A DNA stretch of 60,360 nt, the filler included. It is 4 parts of 4 records of this genome, joined end to end, with 100 filler letters (N's around TTAATTAATTAA, not from the genome) between each part and the next. Parts side by side here need not be neighbours in the genome. Positions count along the whole stretch, not along the records: positions 1 to 26,981 come from SRR31156797_454; positions 27,082 to 41,757 come from SRR31156797_461; 2 more parts are not named here. One strand, written 5' to 3'. This document shows, piece by piece, positions 19,936 through 30,753 of this stretch. The notes beneath the pieces were generated by a model. That model saw only the letters and a list, made by a program, of their open reading frames with translations, searched no databases and was not told the origin of the DNA. The position numbers and the translations under genes were made by a program. The first letter of the stretch is position 1. Each line of letters starts with the position of its first letter.

Positions 19936-20895
19936 ATGATATCCATGAGAATTACACAGTACGTTATGGTTCTCCTCATAACGGCTGTCTGCATAAGTCC
20001 CTCTTTGTCGATGGCAGCCGCACCTTCTCAAGCCCCTGACCCAATAGGTGAAGTGATTCACATCATGGGGTTTGTCTCGGCCAAAATGCCGGGGAAAGAA
20101 GCCAGAAAACTTGAATTGAAAAGTCCGGTTTTCATTCATGAAGTTATTGTCACAGGAAGAACCGGCAACGTGGAAATCCGCTTCAAGGATGACACTATTT
20201 ATTCACAGGGAAATGAATCGACTCTTTCCTTGGACGACTATGTCTTTTCCGAAAACCCTTCTGCCTCGAAGCTTCTTTTCAAAATGGGCGAGGGGACATT
20301 CCGTTTTGTCACAGGTCAGATCGTCAAACAAAATCCTGAGGCCTTTGCCCTGACAACCCCTATGACCTCCATTGGCATTCGAGGCACGGAGCCGTTTGCC
20401 ATTGTCGAACCAAAACGGGAGCGTATAGGCGTTCTTGAAATAGCTTCTGGGCACACCGTAATCGTCAGTTCTGAACAAAATGCCATATCAATGTCCGAGA
20501 GAAATCTCATGACCAAAATTGAATTTGGCCGTCCTCTTTCACCACCAGCCCCGGTCCCTGCTGCGGTACGCGAAAAAGTAATCAAAGCTGCCCCCATGAC
20601 CAGTCAGGGCGAGTTCGGGTTGTATGGTTCAAAAAAAGAACTGCAACTCAAAGCTGATGGTTTCAAGAACCTTCTGGATTTTGAAAAAAAACAAATTGGT
20701 GGGTTGAACGTCCGTCCAGATTACCAACAACTGCGCAAAATTGCTGTGCAGGAGCGAGCCTTCAAAAACGCCACAAATGAACGAGATGGAAAGACAAAGG
20801 CGGAAGCAGGCTTGGGTGGCGGTGAAAACACAGATACCGCTAGCAGCGAGAGCGAAGGCGGCGGAGCAAGTAGTCCTGCAGGGTCTACACCATAA
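19936..20895 (+). CDS. Secreted FecR-domain protein, copy 2
   Basis: Signal peptide. Paralogous to 18269-19168 (SASKLLFKMGEGTFRFVTGQIVK, TPMTSIGIRGT, KAAPMTS). Confidence 0.82.
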   Translation: MISMRITQYVMVLLITAVCISPSLSMAAAPSQAPDPIGEVIHIMGFVSAKMPGKEARKLELKSPVFIHEVIVTGRTGNVEIRFKDDTIYSQGNESTLSLDDYVFSENPSASKLLFKMGEGTFRFVTGQIVKQNPEAFALTTPMTSIGIRGTEPFAIVEPKRERIGVLEIASGHTVIVSSEQNAISMSERNLMTKIEFGRPLSPPAPVPAAVREKVIKAAPMTSQGEFGLYGSKKELQLKADGFKNLLDFEKKQIGGLNVRPDYQQLRKIAVQERAFKNATNERDGKTKAEAGLGGGENTDTASSESEGGGASSPAGSTP

Positions 20896-20952
20896 CGAAA
20901 GACTAAAATGGCTGAAGGCATAAGCAGTTGACGCCGATGAAGGAATAAAACG

Positions 20953-21510
20953 ATGAAACAATTTCTCACATATTGTGTGCTTCTAACACTTAGCACCTTC
21001 CTGCTTGCCGGTTGTGTCGTCGAGAAAGTGACGAATCAAATACCGGAACGACAAGGAACAAAGGCGTATCTGAAAAAAGACTACGACACCGCTATCACCA
21101 AATATGAGTATGCTGCGGAAAACGACAATGCCAACGCTAAGTACGCATTGGCCACAATGTATATGGAAGGAGAAGGGGTTAAAAAAGACATGAACAAGGC
21201 CCTGCAACTTCTTGAGCAGGCATGCGATCAGGAACAAAAGGACGCACTACTCATGCTCGGCCTGTTTTATGTTTACGGAGACAATGTCCCCACCGACAAG
21301 ATCAAGGGTGCCGACCTCATATATAGAGCCGGGGTCGCGCAAAACGATGTAGCGATGTACTACATGGGCCATCTCTACGCTGCAGGCGTCGGCGTACAAA
21401 AAGACCTTCGTCGAGCACAGATGTGGATGAACAACGCCAAAGAATTTGGTTTTCCTGTCAAGGAAGAACTCCTGACGCTCAAAGGATTGGAAGCTTTGTA
21501 CGACAACTAA
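20953..21510 (+). CDS. Sel1-like repeat lipoprotein, copy 2
   Basis: Lipobox LLAGC, SLR repeats, paralogous to 19223-19774 (QKDAxLMLGLFYVYGD, GFPVK..LT..GL..LY). Confidence 0.88.
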   Translation: MKQFLTYCVLLTLSTFLLAGCVVEKVTNQIPERQGTKAYLKKDYDTAITKYEYAAENDNANAKYALATMYMEGEGVKKDMNKALQLLEQACDQEQKDALLMLGLFYVYGDNVPTDKIKGADLIYRAGVAQNDVAMYYMGHLYAAGVGVQKDLRRAQMWMNNAKEFGFPVKEELLTLKGLEALYDN

Positions 21511-21525
21511 TCCACTGTAAAAAAC

Positions 21526-21563
21526 AAAAAAAGGGGTGCCAACATACTGTCGGCACCCCTTTT
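21526..21563. terminator. Bidirectional terminator between convergent genes
   Basis: A7-GGGGTGCC...GGCACCCC-TTTT. Confidence 0.8.
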
Positions 21564-21578
21564 CTATTCGATTCACAG

Positions 21579-22964
21579 CTACCGTTTCAGAAATTCCCTG
21601 AATGCCAGTGTGCAGGCGTAAATATCAGCCTTGGAGGACAACTCAAAAGGCGAGTGCATGGACAACACTGGCACACCGACATCAATGACATCCATGCCGT
21701 ATACAGCCAAAAATTTGGCCACAGTCCCACCGCCACCGACATCAACCTTACCCAACTCAGACATATGCCACGGGATACCAGCGTCATCAAAGATACGCCT
21801 GAGCCAGCCAATATAATCCGGGTGGGCGTCATTGGCTCCCACCTTACCGCGATGACCGGTAAATTTATTAAAACACGGCCCATATCCAATACGAGCAGCG
21901 TTCAGGGGCTCGTATACATCTTTATGATCCGGGTCCATGGCCGCAGAGACATCCGCAGACAGTACTGAACCATTCATGAAAATCGAGGATAAACGTGCGC
22001 CCGGTTCCCATGTCTCGGCCAATTCCTCCATGCAGTACTCAAAGAAATAGGACTTGGCACCAGTTGCCCCTTCGGAACCGATCTCTTCCTTGTCCCAAAA
22101 CAGAACAATCTGCGCATACTCAGGATCTTCTTCAGCAAGCAGTGCTTCCAAAGCGCAAAACACACTGGAGCGATCATCCTGACCATATCCGCCAATGGTA
22201 GCCTCATCCAAACCGACAAATCGGGCCGGACCAGCCGGAACAGCCTGCATCTCGGCACTAAAGAAATCGGACTCGTCAATACCATACCGCTTATTCAACA
22301 GTTCAAGGACCATACGCTTGACCGGTTCTTTGATATCTTCATCGTCCTTTTTCCCTTTGGACGCAGGAGAGTGACCAAAAACCAGATTCAACTTTTCTGC
22401 CTCAAAGGCATCAGAAACCTTTTTACCCATTTCATTGGCCGCCAAATGAGGTAACAAATCAGTGATGGTAAAGACCGGGTCCTTGGGGTCCTCACCAATG
22501 CACACGGTCACTTCCTCACCGGATTTTTTAATCACCGTGCCATGCAGGGCCAAAGGAATGGTCAACCATTGATACTTACGGATACCGCCATAGTAATGGG
22601 TCTTGGCGAGACAAATGTCAGTATCCTCATAAAGAGGACGTTGTTTCAAATCCAGACGAGGGCAGTCTGCATGCGCACCGACTAAACGAAACCCTTCGGA
22701 CAATGGACGTTTACCCTTCCGAGCCAGAAAGCATGTCTTGTTTCGATTGAAACGGTAAGCCAACGGAGCTTTGAGATCATCTTTGAAACCGGCCTTCTCC
22801 ACCCGTTTGCGCACATAATCCATAACTAGACGCTCGGTCTTGCATTCACTGAGAAATTTCACATAATCTTTTGCCATGGCATCCATGGCCTTGCGATCCT
22901 TCTTGGAGGAATACACTTCCCAAGCGGTCTTTGGTTCATATTCAAGTGTTTTTTTCTTACTCAT
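21579..22964 (-). CDS. M18 family aminopeptidase
   Basis: GAHADCPRLDLK, YYGGIRKYQW, GQDDR, DKEEIGS, LSMHSPFE. Confidence 0.93.
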   Translation of the reverse strand: MSKKKTLEYEPKTAWEVYSSKKDRKAMDAMAKDYVKFLSECKTERLVMDYVRKRVEKAGFKDDLKAPLAYRFNRNKTCFLARKGKRPLSEGFRLVGAHADCPRLDLKQRPLYEDTDICLAKTHYYGGIRKYQWLTIPLALHGTVIKKSGEEVTVCIGEDPKDPVFTITDLLPHLAANEMGKKVSDAFEAEKLNLVFGHSPASKGKKDDEDIKEPVKRMVLELLNKRYGIDESDFFSAEMQAVPAGPARFVGLDEATIGGYGQDDRSSVFCALEALLAEEDPEYAQIVLFWDKEEIGSEGATGAKSYFFEYCMEELAETWEPGARLSSIFMNGSVLSADVSAAMDPDHKDVYEPLNAARIGYGPCFNKFTGHRGKVGANDAHPDYIGWLRRIFDDAGIPWHMSELGKVDVGGGGTVAKFLAVYGMDVIDVGVPVLSMHSPFELSSKADIYACTLAFREFLKR

Positions 22965-22973
22965 GATGAATCC

Positions 22974-24383
22974 TTATTTTTCGGTCAGGGAAACCACGGC
23001 CTGCTCCAACGCTGAGGCGACCATTTTCAATTCTGTCGAAGCCAATGTGCGCGGATCAATGAGAAATTCATCATCCTCAATACGCGCCACCAGCGGCGGG
23101 TCGGTCTGAAGAAGCGCGTCCTTCAAATCGCCCACGGAAATATCTTTTACGGCAATAGAGAGCATGGTTCCGGGCAGGTCATATTCGGGGAAAGCCCCAC
23201 CCCCCACTCTGGATGATCCTTTTTTCATGGAAACCACAGCCCGTTCAGCAAGGGCCTGACGGATAGCATCAGCCAAACGACGCGCCTTGCTCTTAAGCGC
23301 TTCCTGTGATGCGGTGATCATTTTCAAGGTCGGCACCTTGCGCCGCGCTTCATCCATGTCGAGATAAAGACGCAAGGTCGCCTCAAGAGCAGCCAATGTC
23401 ATTTTATCAATGCGCATGGCCCGATTAACCGGATTCTTCTTGATACGATCAATGTATTCTTTCCGTCCGACAATAATACCTGCCTGCGGACCACCAAGCA
23501 CCTTGTCGCCAGAAAAAGACACCACATCCGCGCCTTGCGTCACAGTCTGTTGCACTGTCGGTTCACCCAGCAAACCTTCTCCCTGCAACGAGTAGAGAGA
23601 CCCGCTCCCAAGGTCTTCGATAACTGGCAGATTATACTTGTCACCCAATTCACGCATTTCCGGCAGAGTTACTTCCTTGGTGAACCCGACCACTCGGAAA
23701 TTGGACGTATGTACTCGCATGAGCGCACCAGTCTCATCGTTAATGGCATTCTCATAATCATGGACATGACTTCGATTGGTGGCTCCTACTTCGTGCAGAA
23801 TCGCCCCGGACTTGGTCATGACATCCGGGATACGAAACGATCCACCAATCTCGACAAGCTGACCGCGAGACACGATAACCTCACGTCCCTTAGCCAAAGT
23901 TTCCAACATGATAAACACAGCGGCAGCGTTGTTGTTGACCACAAGTGCAGCCTCAGCTCCGGTAATGTCGCACAGAATTTTCTCCACATGAGAATACCGA
24001 CTACCCCGATGTCCGGTGGACAAATCAAATTCACAATTGGAATAATGGCCGCACGCCTCCGCCACAGCCTTGATGGCGGACTTGGCAAGAAGTGACCGGC
24101 CCAAATTAGTATGAATGACAACACCCGTCCCATTAAGCACACGCCTGAAATGAGGACGGGACTGAGCCCGAACAAATGCGGTCAACCGGGGTAACAGATT
24201 TGCTAGGTCCAATTGTTCCGATGCCGTGATGGCACCAGAACGTATTTCCTCACGGCACACATCCAAAAAGTCGTTAACCAGATCCTTGATCAAGGCTCGC
24301 GGCAAATCACGAAACTCCTCAATGTCCACAAGGGAAGAAAGGACCTGATCCACTGACGGAAGATATCTGAAAATTTGGCTCAT
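22974..24383 (-). CDS. selA: L-seryl-tRNA(Sec) selenium transferase
   Basis: NGTGVVIHTNLGR, VVNNNAAA, SRGQLVEIGGSFRIPD, FSGDKVLGGPQAG. Confidence 0.97.
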   Translation of the reverse strand: MSQIFRYLPSVDQVLSSLVDIEEFRDLPRALIKDLVNDFLDVCREEIRSGAITASEQLDLANLLPRLTAFVRAQSRPHFRRVLNGTGVVIHTNLGRSLLAKSAIKAVAEACGHYSNCEFDLSTGHRGSRYSHVEKILCDITGAEAALVVNNNAAAVFIMLETLAKGREVIVSRGQLVEIGGSFRIPDVMTKSGAILHEVGATNRSHVHDYENAINDETGALMRVHTSNFRVVGFTKEVTLPEMRELGDKYNLPVIEDLGSGSLYSLQGEGLLGEPTVQQTVTQGADVVSFSGDKVLGGPQAGIIVGRKEYIDRIKKNPVNRAMRIDKMTLAALEATLRLYLDMDEARRKVPTLKMITASQEALKSKARRLADAIRQALAERAVVSMKKGSSRVGGGAFPEYDLPGTMLSIAVKDISVGDLKDALLQTDPPLVARIEDDEFLIDPRTLASTELKMVASALEQAVVSLTEK

Positions 24384-24395
24384 ATATTTCTCATG

Positions 24396-25652
24396 TTAGA
24401 CTGTAAGACATTCGGGATACAATCTATAGAACTCCGCCAACAAGTACAAGGACCCACAAATAAGTGTCGCCCCAGGCTCACTCGCCCCCAAACCAAGAGC
24501 CTCTTCCATAGAAGACACAGCTTTCGCCCTGCCCCCCATAGCTTCAACCAAACTATCGGCACTCCTTGCCCTCTCACTCTCCATGGCAGGAATAAAGATC
24601 GGCCCATCGGTCAACGCCTGTACCAACTGCACCATGGGGGTCAAATCCTTATCTTTCAAACAGGTGAAAATAACGCACCCCGGCCGAATGCCTTGTGCGT
24701 TCAAGGCGGCGGAAAGCGCTATCAAGGCATGACTGTTATGTGCCCCGTCAAGCAGAATGCTCCGCCCATCGATATCAACAGTCTGCAACCGACCCGGCAC
24801 AAAAACGGTCTCCATACCAAAATTTTCGAGACGAGGCTCACTCCGGATATCTCGACCAGCAGCAAACCATCGCCACCCAGCCAAAGCAAGCTGCGCATTC
24901 ATGGCCTGATGAATACCACTGAGCCCCAACTTCACACCGCGAACAGGTTCAGCCAAGTCCACAGAATACATCAACCGTGCACCAATAGATTGAGCGCGAT
25001 CCTGCAATTGAATCATGGCATCGGCTTCCTGCGGACCGGTCAAGGCCACACCTTCATGACGAATAGCGCCAGCCTTGTCTTCAGCAATTTCCGCCAACGT
25101 TGAACCGAGAAGCTTCTCATGGTCCATACCAATAGGCGTAAACAACGTCAGCCCGGGAGCCAGGACATTGGTTGCGTCGAATTTCCCACCCAATCCGGCT
25201 TCCATGACTGCCACGTCAACACCTTCACGTTCGAAAGCAAGCAGAGCCAGACAAGTCTGAAATTCAAAATAGGTCAGGTCTTCACCACCGTCCGTGGACA
25301 AGACTGCGTTGGCAAGCTCAACCCATACCTCACGAGAAAGCATGGATCGGTTTACTTGAACCCGTTCTCGCGGTGAAACAAAATGAGGTGATGAGAAGAG
25401 GCCCACTTTGAGGCCATGAGCTCGAGCAATGGAGCCAAAAAAAGCAGAGGTGGACCCTTTGCCATTGGTTCCGACCACATGCACTACGGGGATATCCGGC
25501 ATACCATGTGCCGCCATAAACTTTTCCATACGGTCCAAACTCAAATCCATATGAAAAAGCCCGAGCCTGTCCATGTACTCAGTCAATTGAAAATAATCTT
25601 TTATGTATGTCACGGAAGCTCTTTTATCAGGATTTGGCCCGGCATGAAACAT
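24396..25652 (-). CDS. folC: Folylpolyglutamate synthase/dihydrofolate synthase
   Basis: [43 protein letters not shown]. Start uncertain (25652 or GTG 25613). Confidence 0.93.
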   Translation of the reverse strand: MFHAGPNPDKRASVTYIKDYFQLTEYMDRLGLFHMDLSLDRMEKFMAAHGMPDIPVVHVVGTNGKGSTSAFFGSIARAHGLKVGLFSSPHFVSPRERVQVNRSMLSREVWVELANAVLSTDGGEDLTYFEFQTCLALLAFEREGVDVAVMEAGLGGKFDATNVLAPGLTLFTPIGMDHEKLLGSTLAEIAEDKAGAIRHEGVALTGPQEADAMIQLQDRAQSIGARLMYSVDLAEPVRGVKLGLSGIHQAMNAQLALAGWRWFAAGRDIRSEPRLENFGMETVFVPGRLQTVDIDGRSILLDGAHNSHALIALSAALNAQGIRPGCVIFTCLKDKDLTPMVQLVQALTDGPIFIPAMESERARSADSLVEAMGGRAKAVSSMEEALGLGASEPGATLICGSLYLLAEFYRLYPECLTV

Positions 25653-25773
25653 CTATGATGACTTCCTGAAATCTCAGCACCATATCCGAACCTCTTATAA
25701 CTTGGCTCTATTTGTGGATTTCATAGCAAAATACATGCTATCTTACTCTGGAATTTATCCATTGGAGGGATAT

Positions 25774-26981
25774 ATGCTCAGAAAAGTCACAATCAAGACT
25801 CGTATCCTGGTACTCATTACCAGCATTGTCATTTTCATTCTTGGATTCTCACTTGCCTTTCTCAGTGGAGTTGGAAAAGTTAAAGACATCGGCGTCGAAC
25901 GCTCAGACCAAGCCATGTTTCAAGGTGAAGAACGAAAACTTCAAGTCGCCACCCATTCCATGGCCGTCAGTATTAGCGCAGCCATAGCCGAAGCCCCTAT
26001 CCTGGAAGAAAAAATAGATATCATTCGAAAATTGGTGGATAAAATTCGCTTTGAGAAAGACAAATCCGGTTATTTCTTTGTCTACAACAACACAACATGT
26101 GTAGCTCTACCGACTAAGCCTTCCTTACACGGCAAAGATCTCAAGGACCTCAAGGACAAAAACGGAGTGGCTCTGGTCGCCGAATTAAATAAAAAAGCAC
26201 ATAATGGAGGCGGTTTCGTCGAATATATCTGGCCCAAACCGGAAAAAGGAGATCAACCGAAGCTTTCCTATGCAGAACTCATCCCCGGTACGGACATGTG
26301 GATCGGTACCGGCGTATATCTGGACAATGTCGCTCATGCAAAGGAAGTCATCGCCAATGACATCGACTCATTGGTTTCGACATATGTATGGGCCATTGGC
26401 AGCGTCATCATTGCCGTCCTTGTCTTGATCATTCTTCCATTCTGTTTGCTCATTGTTCGTTCCATTGTCCAACCGCTCAATGAAGCCGTTGTCCTGGCCA
26501 ACCATGTGGCATCCGGCGATCTGACGACAGACATTCAATCCGACTACAAGGACGAACCCGGGCTGCTGACGGCGGCCCTCGGCCAGATGGTCGAAAGACT
26601 GCGTTCCATTGTCGGCCAATCAAAGTATGGTGCGGACCAAGTGGCGTCCGGCAGCACTGAAGTCACGGAATCAGCCCAATCGCTGGCAGAAGGCGCAAGC
26701 CGTCAGGCCGCAGCCGTAGAAGAAGTCTCAGCGGCCATGGAAGAAATGATCGGCCAAATCGGTCGGAACACGGAAAACGCCACCCAAACAGAACAGATGG
26801 CAAACCAAACGGCTCAGGATGCTCAACAAGGTGGCGAGACGGTCATGGAAGCCGTCGATTCCATCAAGAACATTGCTGAAAAAATATCCATCATTGAAGA
26901 AATTGCCCGTCAAACCAATCTGTTAGCATTAAATGCAGCCATTGAAGCAGCCCGCGCCGGCGAAGCGGGCAAGGGCTTTGC
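25774..26981 (+). CDS. Methyl-accepting chemotaxis protein (Cache + HAMP), truncated by contig end
   Basis: TM, then Cache ([25 protein letters not shown]), TM, HAMP and [34 protein letters not shown] before ATG 25774. Confidence 0.93.
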
Positions 26982-27081
26982 NNNNNNNNNNNNNNNNNNN
27001 NNNNNNNNNNNNNNNNNNNNNNNNNTTAATTAATTAANNNNNNNNNNNNNNNNNNNNNNNNNNNNNNNNNNNNNNNNNNNN
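26982..27081. other. Artificial contig linker
   Basis: N44-TTAATTAATTAA-N44 (stops in all six frames). Base composition changes abruptly across it. Confidence 0.98.
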
Positions 27082-29045
27082 CATTGATGGGCAATATTTC
27101 CTATCATCTCTGTCATACTTGCTAATTTATTATGCTGGATCATCACCTTTTCTTTTTCTCTAATCTGATGGAGATGAAGTTGTACTTTTTTTTCTAGTTC
27201 AGTGCTATATTCATCTTTTAAAAGAGTTGCTATAAATGCTTGTGCCATGATCTTTAAAATCGATTTATCTCTTTTTGTCCACAGTTTTTCACTGATACAA
27301 TTATCAAAACCAATAAATCCCCACAATTGATTTTTATAAAATAAGGGGATCACTAAAATAGACTTCACATTCAATTTTTCTAAAAAAAGCTTCTCTTCAC
27401 CACTGAGATCTTTTACTAATGCTTCCATATATTGATCTCTATTAAAAAATTTCAGCCACCTTTCTCCTCCAAATTGAGTGTATAAAAGCTTTTGTAAATC
27501 AGGATTGTCTTTTTGGGACTTGATTCCATCCCTTACATACTCAAACTTTAAACAACATGCTAAAGAATAATTGATCATTTTATTTTTAAAGACATAGACC
27601 CTATCTGCTTTTGTTGTCTGGATCATCTTTTGCAAGATAAGTTCTACTTTATTATGAATATTATTTGAGGTCAATATCATCTCAAATATAGATATTACCG
27701 TATCTAAAAAGTTTAGATTTTGTTTCTTTTCATTAATATTTGTATTAAATCCAACCACTCTTTGAGCTTTATTATTTTTATCAAAAACTGCTTTTCCTCT
27801 TGCTAAGACCCAGATATATTCCCCTTTTTTATTTTGAAGTCTATGCTCATTCTCAAAATATTGGGATTCTTTATTGCAGTGTCTTTTCAAACTCTCTAAA
27901 AACTCTTCTTTATCCTCTTTATGGATAAGATTTTCCCAACTTTGAAAACTATCTTCTATTTCATCATCACTAAATCCTAACATTTTTTTCCAATGGGGTG
28001 AGAGGTATAAAGAATCATTTCTAATATCCCAATCCCATAAACCATCTTGTGTACTTTTGATAGCTAAATGAAATCTTTCTTTTAGATCACTGAATGTGTC
28101 TTTTCCTTTTTTCATTTTTTTCAAAAGATATTTCACGATGAAAATAAAGAAAAATACCACCCCTAGAGTAATAAGAAATGATATAAATGTGTATTTTAAA
28201 ATATTTTCATTTATACATTGGCAATACTTCTGCCCATTAAAAACAAGAATAACTCTTGATATCACCTCTTCATCTATCCCTTTAATATCATATGTTTTAT
28301 CGGTTTGATAATAATATCGTTCCCCATCAAAATCTATTGTTTGTATTCCATTTTTTGCGCTTAATTTATTTGGCATAATATTCGATACGCTATTATTTAC
28401 ATCAAGTAAAGCACTATACTCTAAAAAAACTACTTTCTTTTGATCATTGTAAGAAGTAGGAAGACCTTTTGTAAATATCAAAGGGGTTATCTGCTCTGGA
28501 AATATCTTTTGTATATAGTTTTGAATCCAAACTTGTGAAACCCCTATCTCAATAACAGCCCCAACCTCATCCTTATTGAAAATGGGATGGGCAACTTTAA
28601 AATATAACTTTCCATTTATAAGCTCATAACTGTTTTGAACACTTTTTGTTTTTTTTGCATTATTAATAAGTTGGGATAAAGAGTTTGTATCAAAAAAGTG
28701 AAAATCTATACTGGCATCTTTCCCATATCTTTTTTGAAACTGTTCCCAAAAACGTTTCAACATTTTATTGTGTAGTATTTTTTCTTTATCATGGGTCTTT
28801 ATTATATGAAAAAGCTCTTTGTTATGAAAAGTTAAAAAAGCTTGTAAACTAGAATATAACTGAAACTCTATACTCTCTTCGATCACTTTTTTTACAAAAA
28901 TATTTTTCTCTTCAAGATTTGCCTTAAATTGATCTTTAAATACTTTAGAATAAAGCATAAAATAAAATCCAGCATAGATACAACAAATACCTATTATGAC
29001 AAAAACAGCTAATTTATAGTTATACCTTTTAAATATTTTTTCCAT
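27082..29045 (-). CDS. Membrane sensor histidine kinase (periplasmic sensor, PAS, GAF), truncated at the HisKA domain
   Basis: Two TM helices, PAS (DGLWDWD...YLSPHWKKMLG...WVLARG), GAF (ADRVYVF...LWGFIGFD) and LASMTEMIGNIAHQ H-box at the contig end. Confidence 0.88.
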
Positions 29046-29056
29046 TTTTATTCTTG

Positions 29057-29440
29057 CTATAATAGCTCATTAAATGCATAAAAAAGGTTTGATGAAGAGA
29101 TAGGTTTTGTAATAAAAGTTGTCTGATTATTTAGTAAAAATTGCTGATCCTCTTTATTATGCCCACTTACATATATCACTTTTAAATCCTCTTTTTTACA
29201 AGACTCAACCATAGTAACACCACACATTTTAGGCATATTTATATCTGTGATCACTAAATCAATATCATTATTTTGAAGTAATTCTAGACCCTTTTTCCCA
29301 TCGCAGGCATAAAAACACTCTTTAAACAGATAAGGGAAAATCTCTTGTACGATCTCAACTACAAACTCATCATCAACAAACAAAACTCTTAGATCTTTTA
29401 TTTTCTTTTTAATACTTTTTTCATTATCTAATATACTCAT
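29057..29440 (-). CDS. Single-domain response regulator
   Basis: LFVDDE, VITDINMPKMCG, VSG, TKP. Confidence 0.88.
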   Translation of the reverse strand: MSILDNEKSIKKKIKDLRVLFVDDEFVVEIVQEIFPYLFKECFYACDGKKGLELLQNNDIDLVITDINMPKMCGVTMVESCKKEDLKVIYVSGHNKEDQQFLLNNQTTFITKPISSSNLFYAFNELL

Positions 29441-29570
29441 AACTTTTCCTTTATAATTAGATATATGATTTTTGATCCTTTTTTATCAAAAATATGATCA
29501 TTAAACTTTAAGAATATGGGATTAAAAAAATCAAAACTATTATTTTAATAAAATCTCTTTATCATAATAA

Positions 29571-29590
29571 AAAAATGTGTGAAAAATGTG
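29571..29590. promoter_or_regulatory. 11-bp-period direct repeat, candidate OmpR/PhoB-type operator
   Basis: AAAAATGTG at 29571-29579 and 29582-29590, between divergent response-regulator genes. Confidence 0.35.
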
Positions 29591-29652
29591 GGAGTGGGTA
29601 TTGAATAATTATTATAAAGGTTTCATAATCAAAATTTTGATATATTTTTCAT

Positions 29653-30366
29653 ATGGATATGAAAGAACTACTAAAGTATTTACACAATAAAACAATTCTT
29701 TATGTTGAAGATGATATTCAAACAAAAAATGAAATAATTGATACGCTTAGTTTTTTTTCAAACTCTGTTTTATCTGCAAACAATGGGAAAGAAGCTTTAG
29801 ATATTTTTTATAAAGAAAATATTGATCTCATTATTACAGATATTGAGATGCCTCATATCAATGGGATAGAACTTATAAAAAAGATTAGGGAAGAAAACTT
29901 TCTTATTCCTATTATTATTCTTACAGCCTACACTTCAAATGATTATCTCTTTGAGAGTATAAATTTAAATATTCAATCGTATATAGTCAAGCCCATCACC
30001 CTTGATAAACTAAAAGATAGTCTTACAAAAGTGATACATTACTTTGATCTCAAGCAAGCTACAGACTTACTTAATATAAATGAAACAGTGCATTATGATC
30101 CTAAAAATAATATATTGGTTTTTAAAGAGGGACAAACTGTAGTTTTAAATAAAAAAGAGAAGCAACTTTTAGAACTACTTTTAAATAATCGTAACCAATT
30201 TGTTTCATATGAAACTATTGAATATGAGATTTGGACTAAACATGATAATATTATGACACAAAGTGCCCTTCGAACCTTAGTAAAAACACTTAGAAAAAAA
30301 CTCAACAACTATGAATCTATACAAAACATCTCAGGACTTGGATATAAAATATCTTCTTCATCCTAA
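29653..30366 (+). CDS. OmpR-family DNA-binding response regulator
   Basis: LYVEDD, ITDIEMP, VKP, and a winged-helix C-terminus (LRTLVKTLRKKL...GLGYKI). Confidence 0.92.
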   Translation: MDMKELLKYLHNKTILYVEDDIQTKNEIIDTLSFFSNSVLSANNGKEALDIFYKENIDLIITDIEMPHINGIELIKKIREENFLIPIIILTAYTSNDYLFESINLNIQSYIVKPITLDKLKDSLTKVIHYFDLKQATDLLNINETVHYDPKNNILVFKEGQTVVLNKKEKQLLELLLNNRNQFVSYETIEYEIWTKHDNIMTQSALRTLVKTLRKKLNNYESIQNISGLGYKISSSS

Positions 30367-30737
30367 AGATGAAGTGTTTTATTGATAACCTCTTCAAGCT
30401 TATTGATATCAATTGGTTTTAATAAATAATTTGATGCACCATTTTGAATAGCTCTTATCACTTTTTCTTGTTCTCCATGGGAAGTAACCATAATAATTTT
30501 TGCATCTGGATACTCTGATCGTATCCCTTTTACTGCATCAATTCCATCGCTTATACCATTTTTAGCTGGCATTGTAATATCCATTGTTACAAGTTCAGGT
30601 TGGTGCTGTTTATACATCTCTATCCCATCATAACCAGAATCTGCTTCTGCAATAATCTCATGACCTAGCTTTTTGATCATATTTCCTAAATTGATTCTCA
30701 TCACTTTTGCATCATCTACAATTAACACTTTTGCCAT
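30363..30737 (-). CDS. cheY: CheY-like response regulator
   Basis: VLIVDDAKVMR, VTMDITMP, MVTS, LLKP. Downstream of cheX and the CheA-like kinase. Confidence 0.8.
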   Translation of the reverse strand: MAKVLIVDDAKVMRINLGNMIKKLGHEIIAEADSGYDGIEMYKQHQPELVTMDITMPAKNGISDGIDAVKGIRSEYPDAKIIMVTSHGEQEKVIRAIQNGASNYLLKPIDINKLEEVINKTLHL

Positions 30738-30753
30738 CTTTTCTATCCTTAAA

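Noticed and set aside
16145-24383. Possible in-frame UGA selenoprotein near selA/selB
   Set aside because: I saw no ORF that looked prematurely cut at TGA in a Cys-equivalent position. A SECIS scan was not run.
27026-27037. TTAATTAATTAA palindrome occurring three times
   Set aside because: Synthetic six-frame stop linker embedded in Ns, not biological.
29472-29489. TTGAT...ATCAA as an FNR box
   Set aside because: The spacer is 8 nt rather than the required 4.
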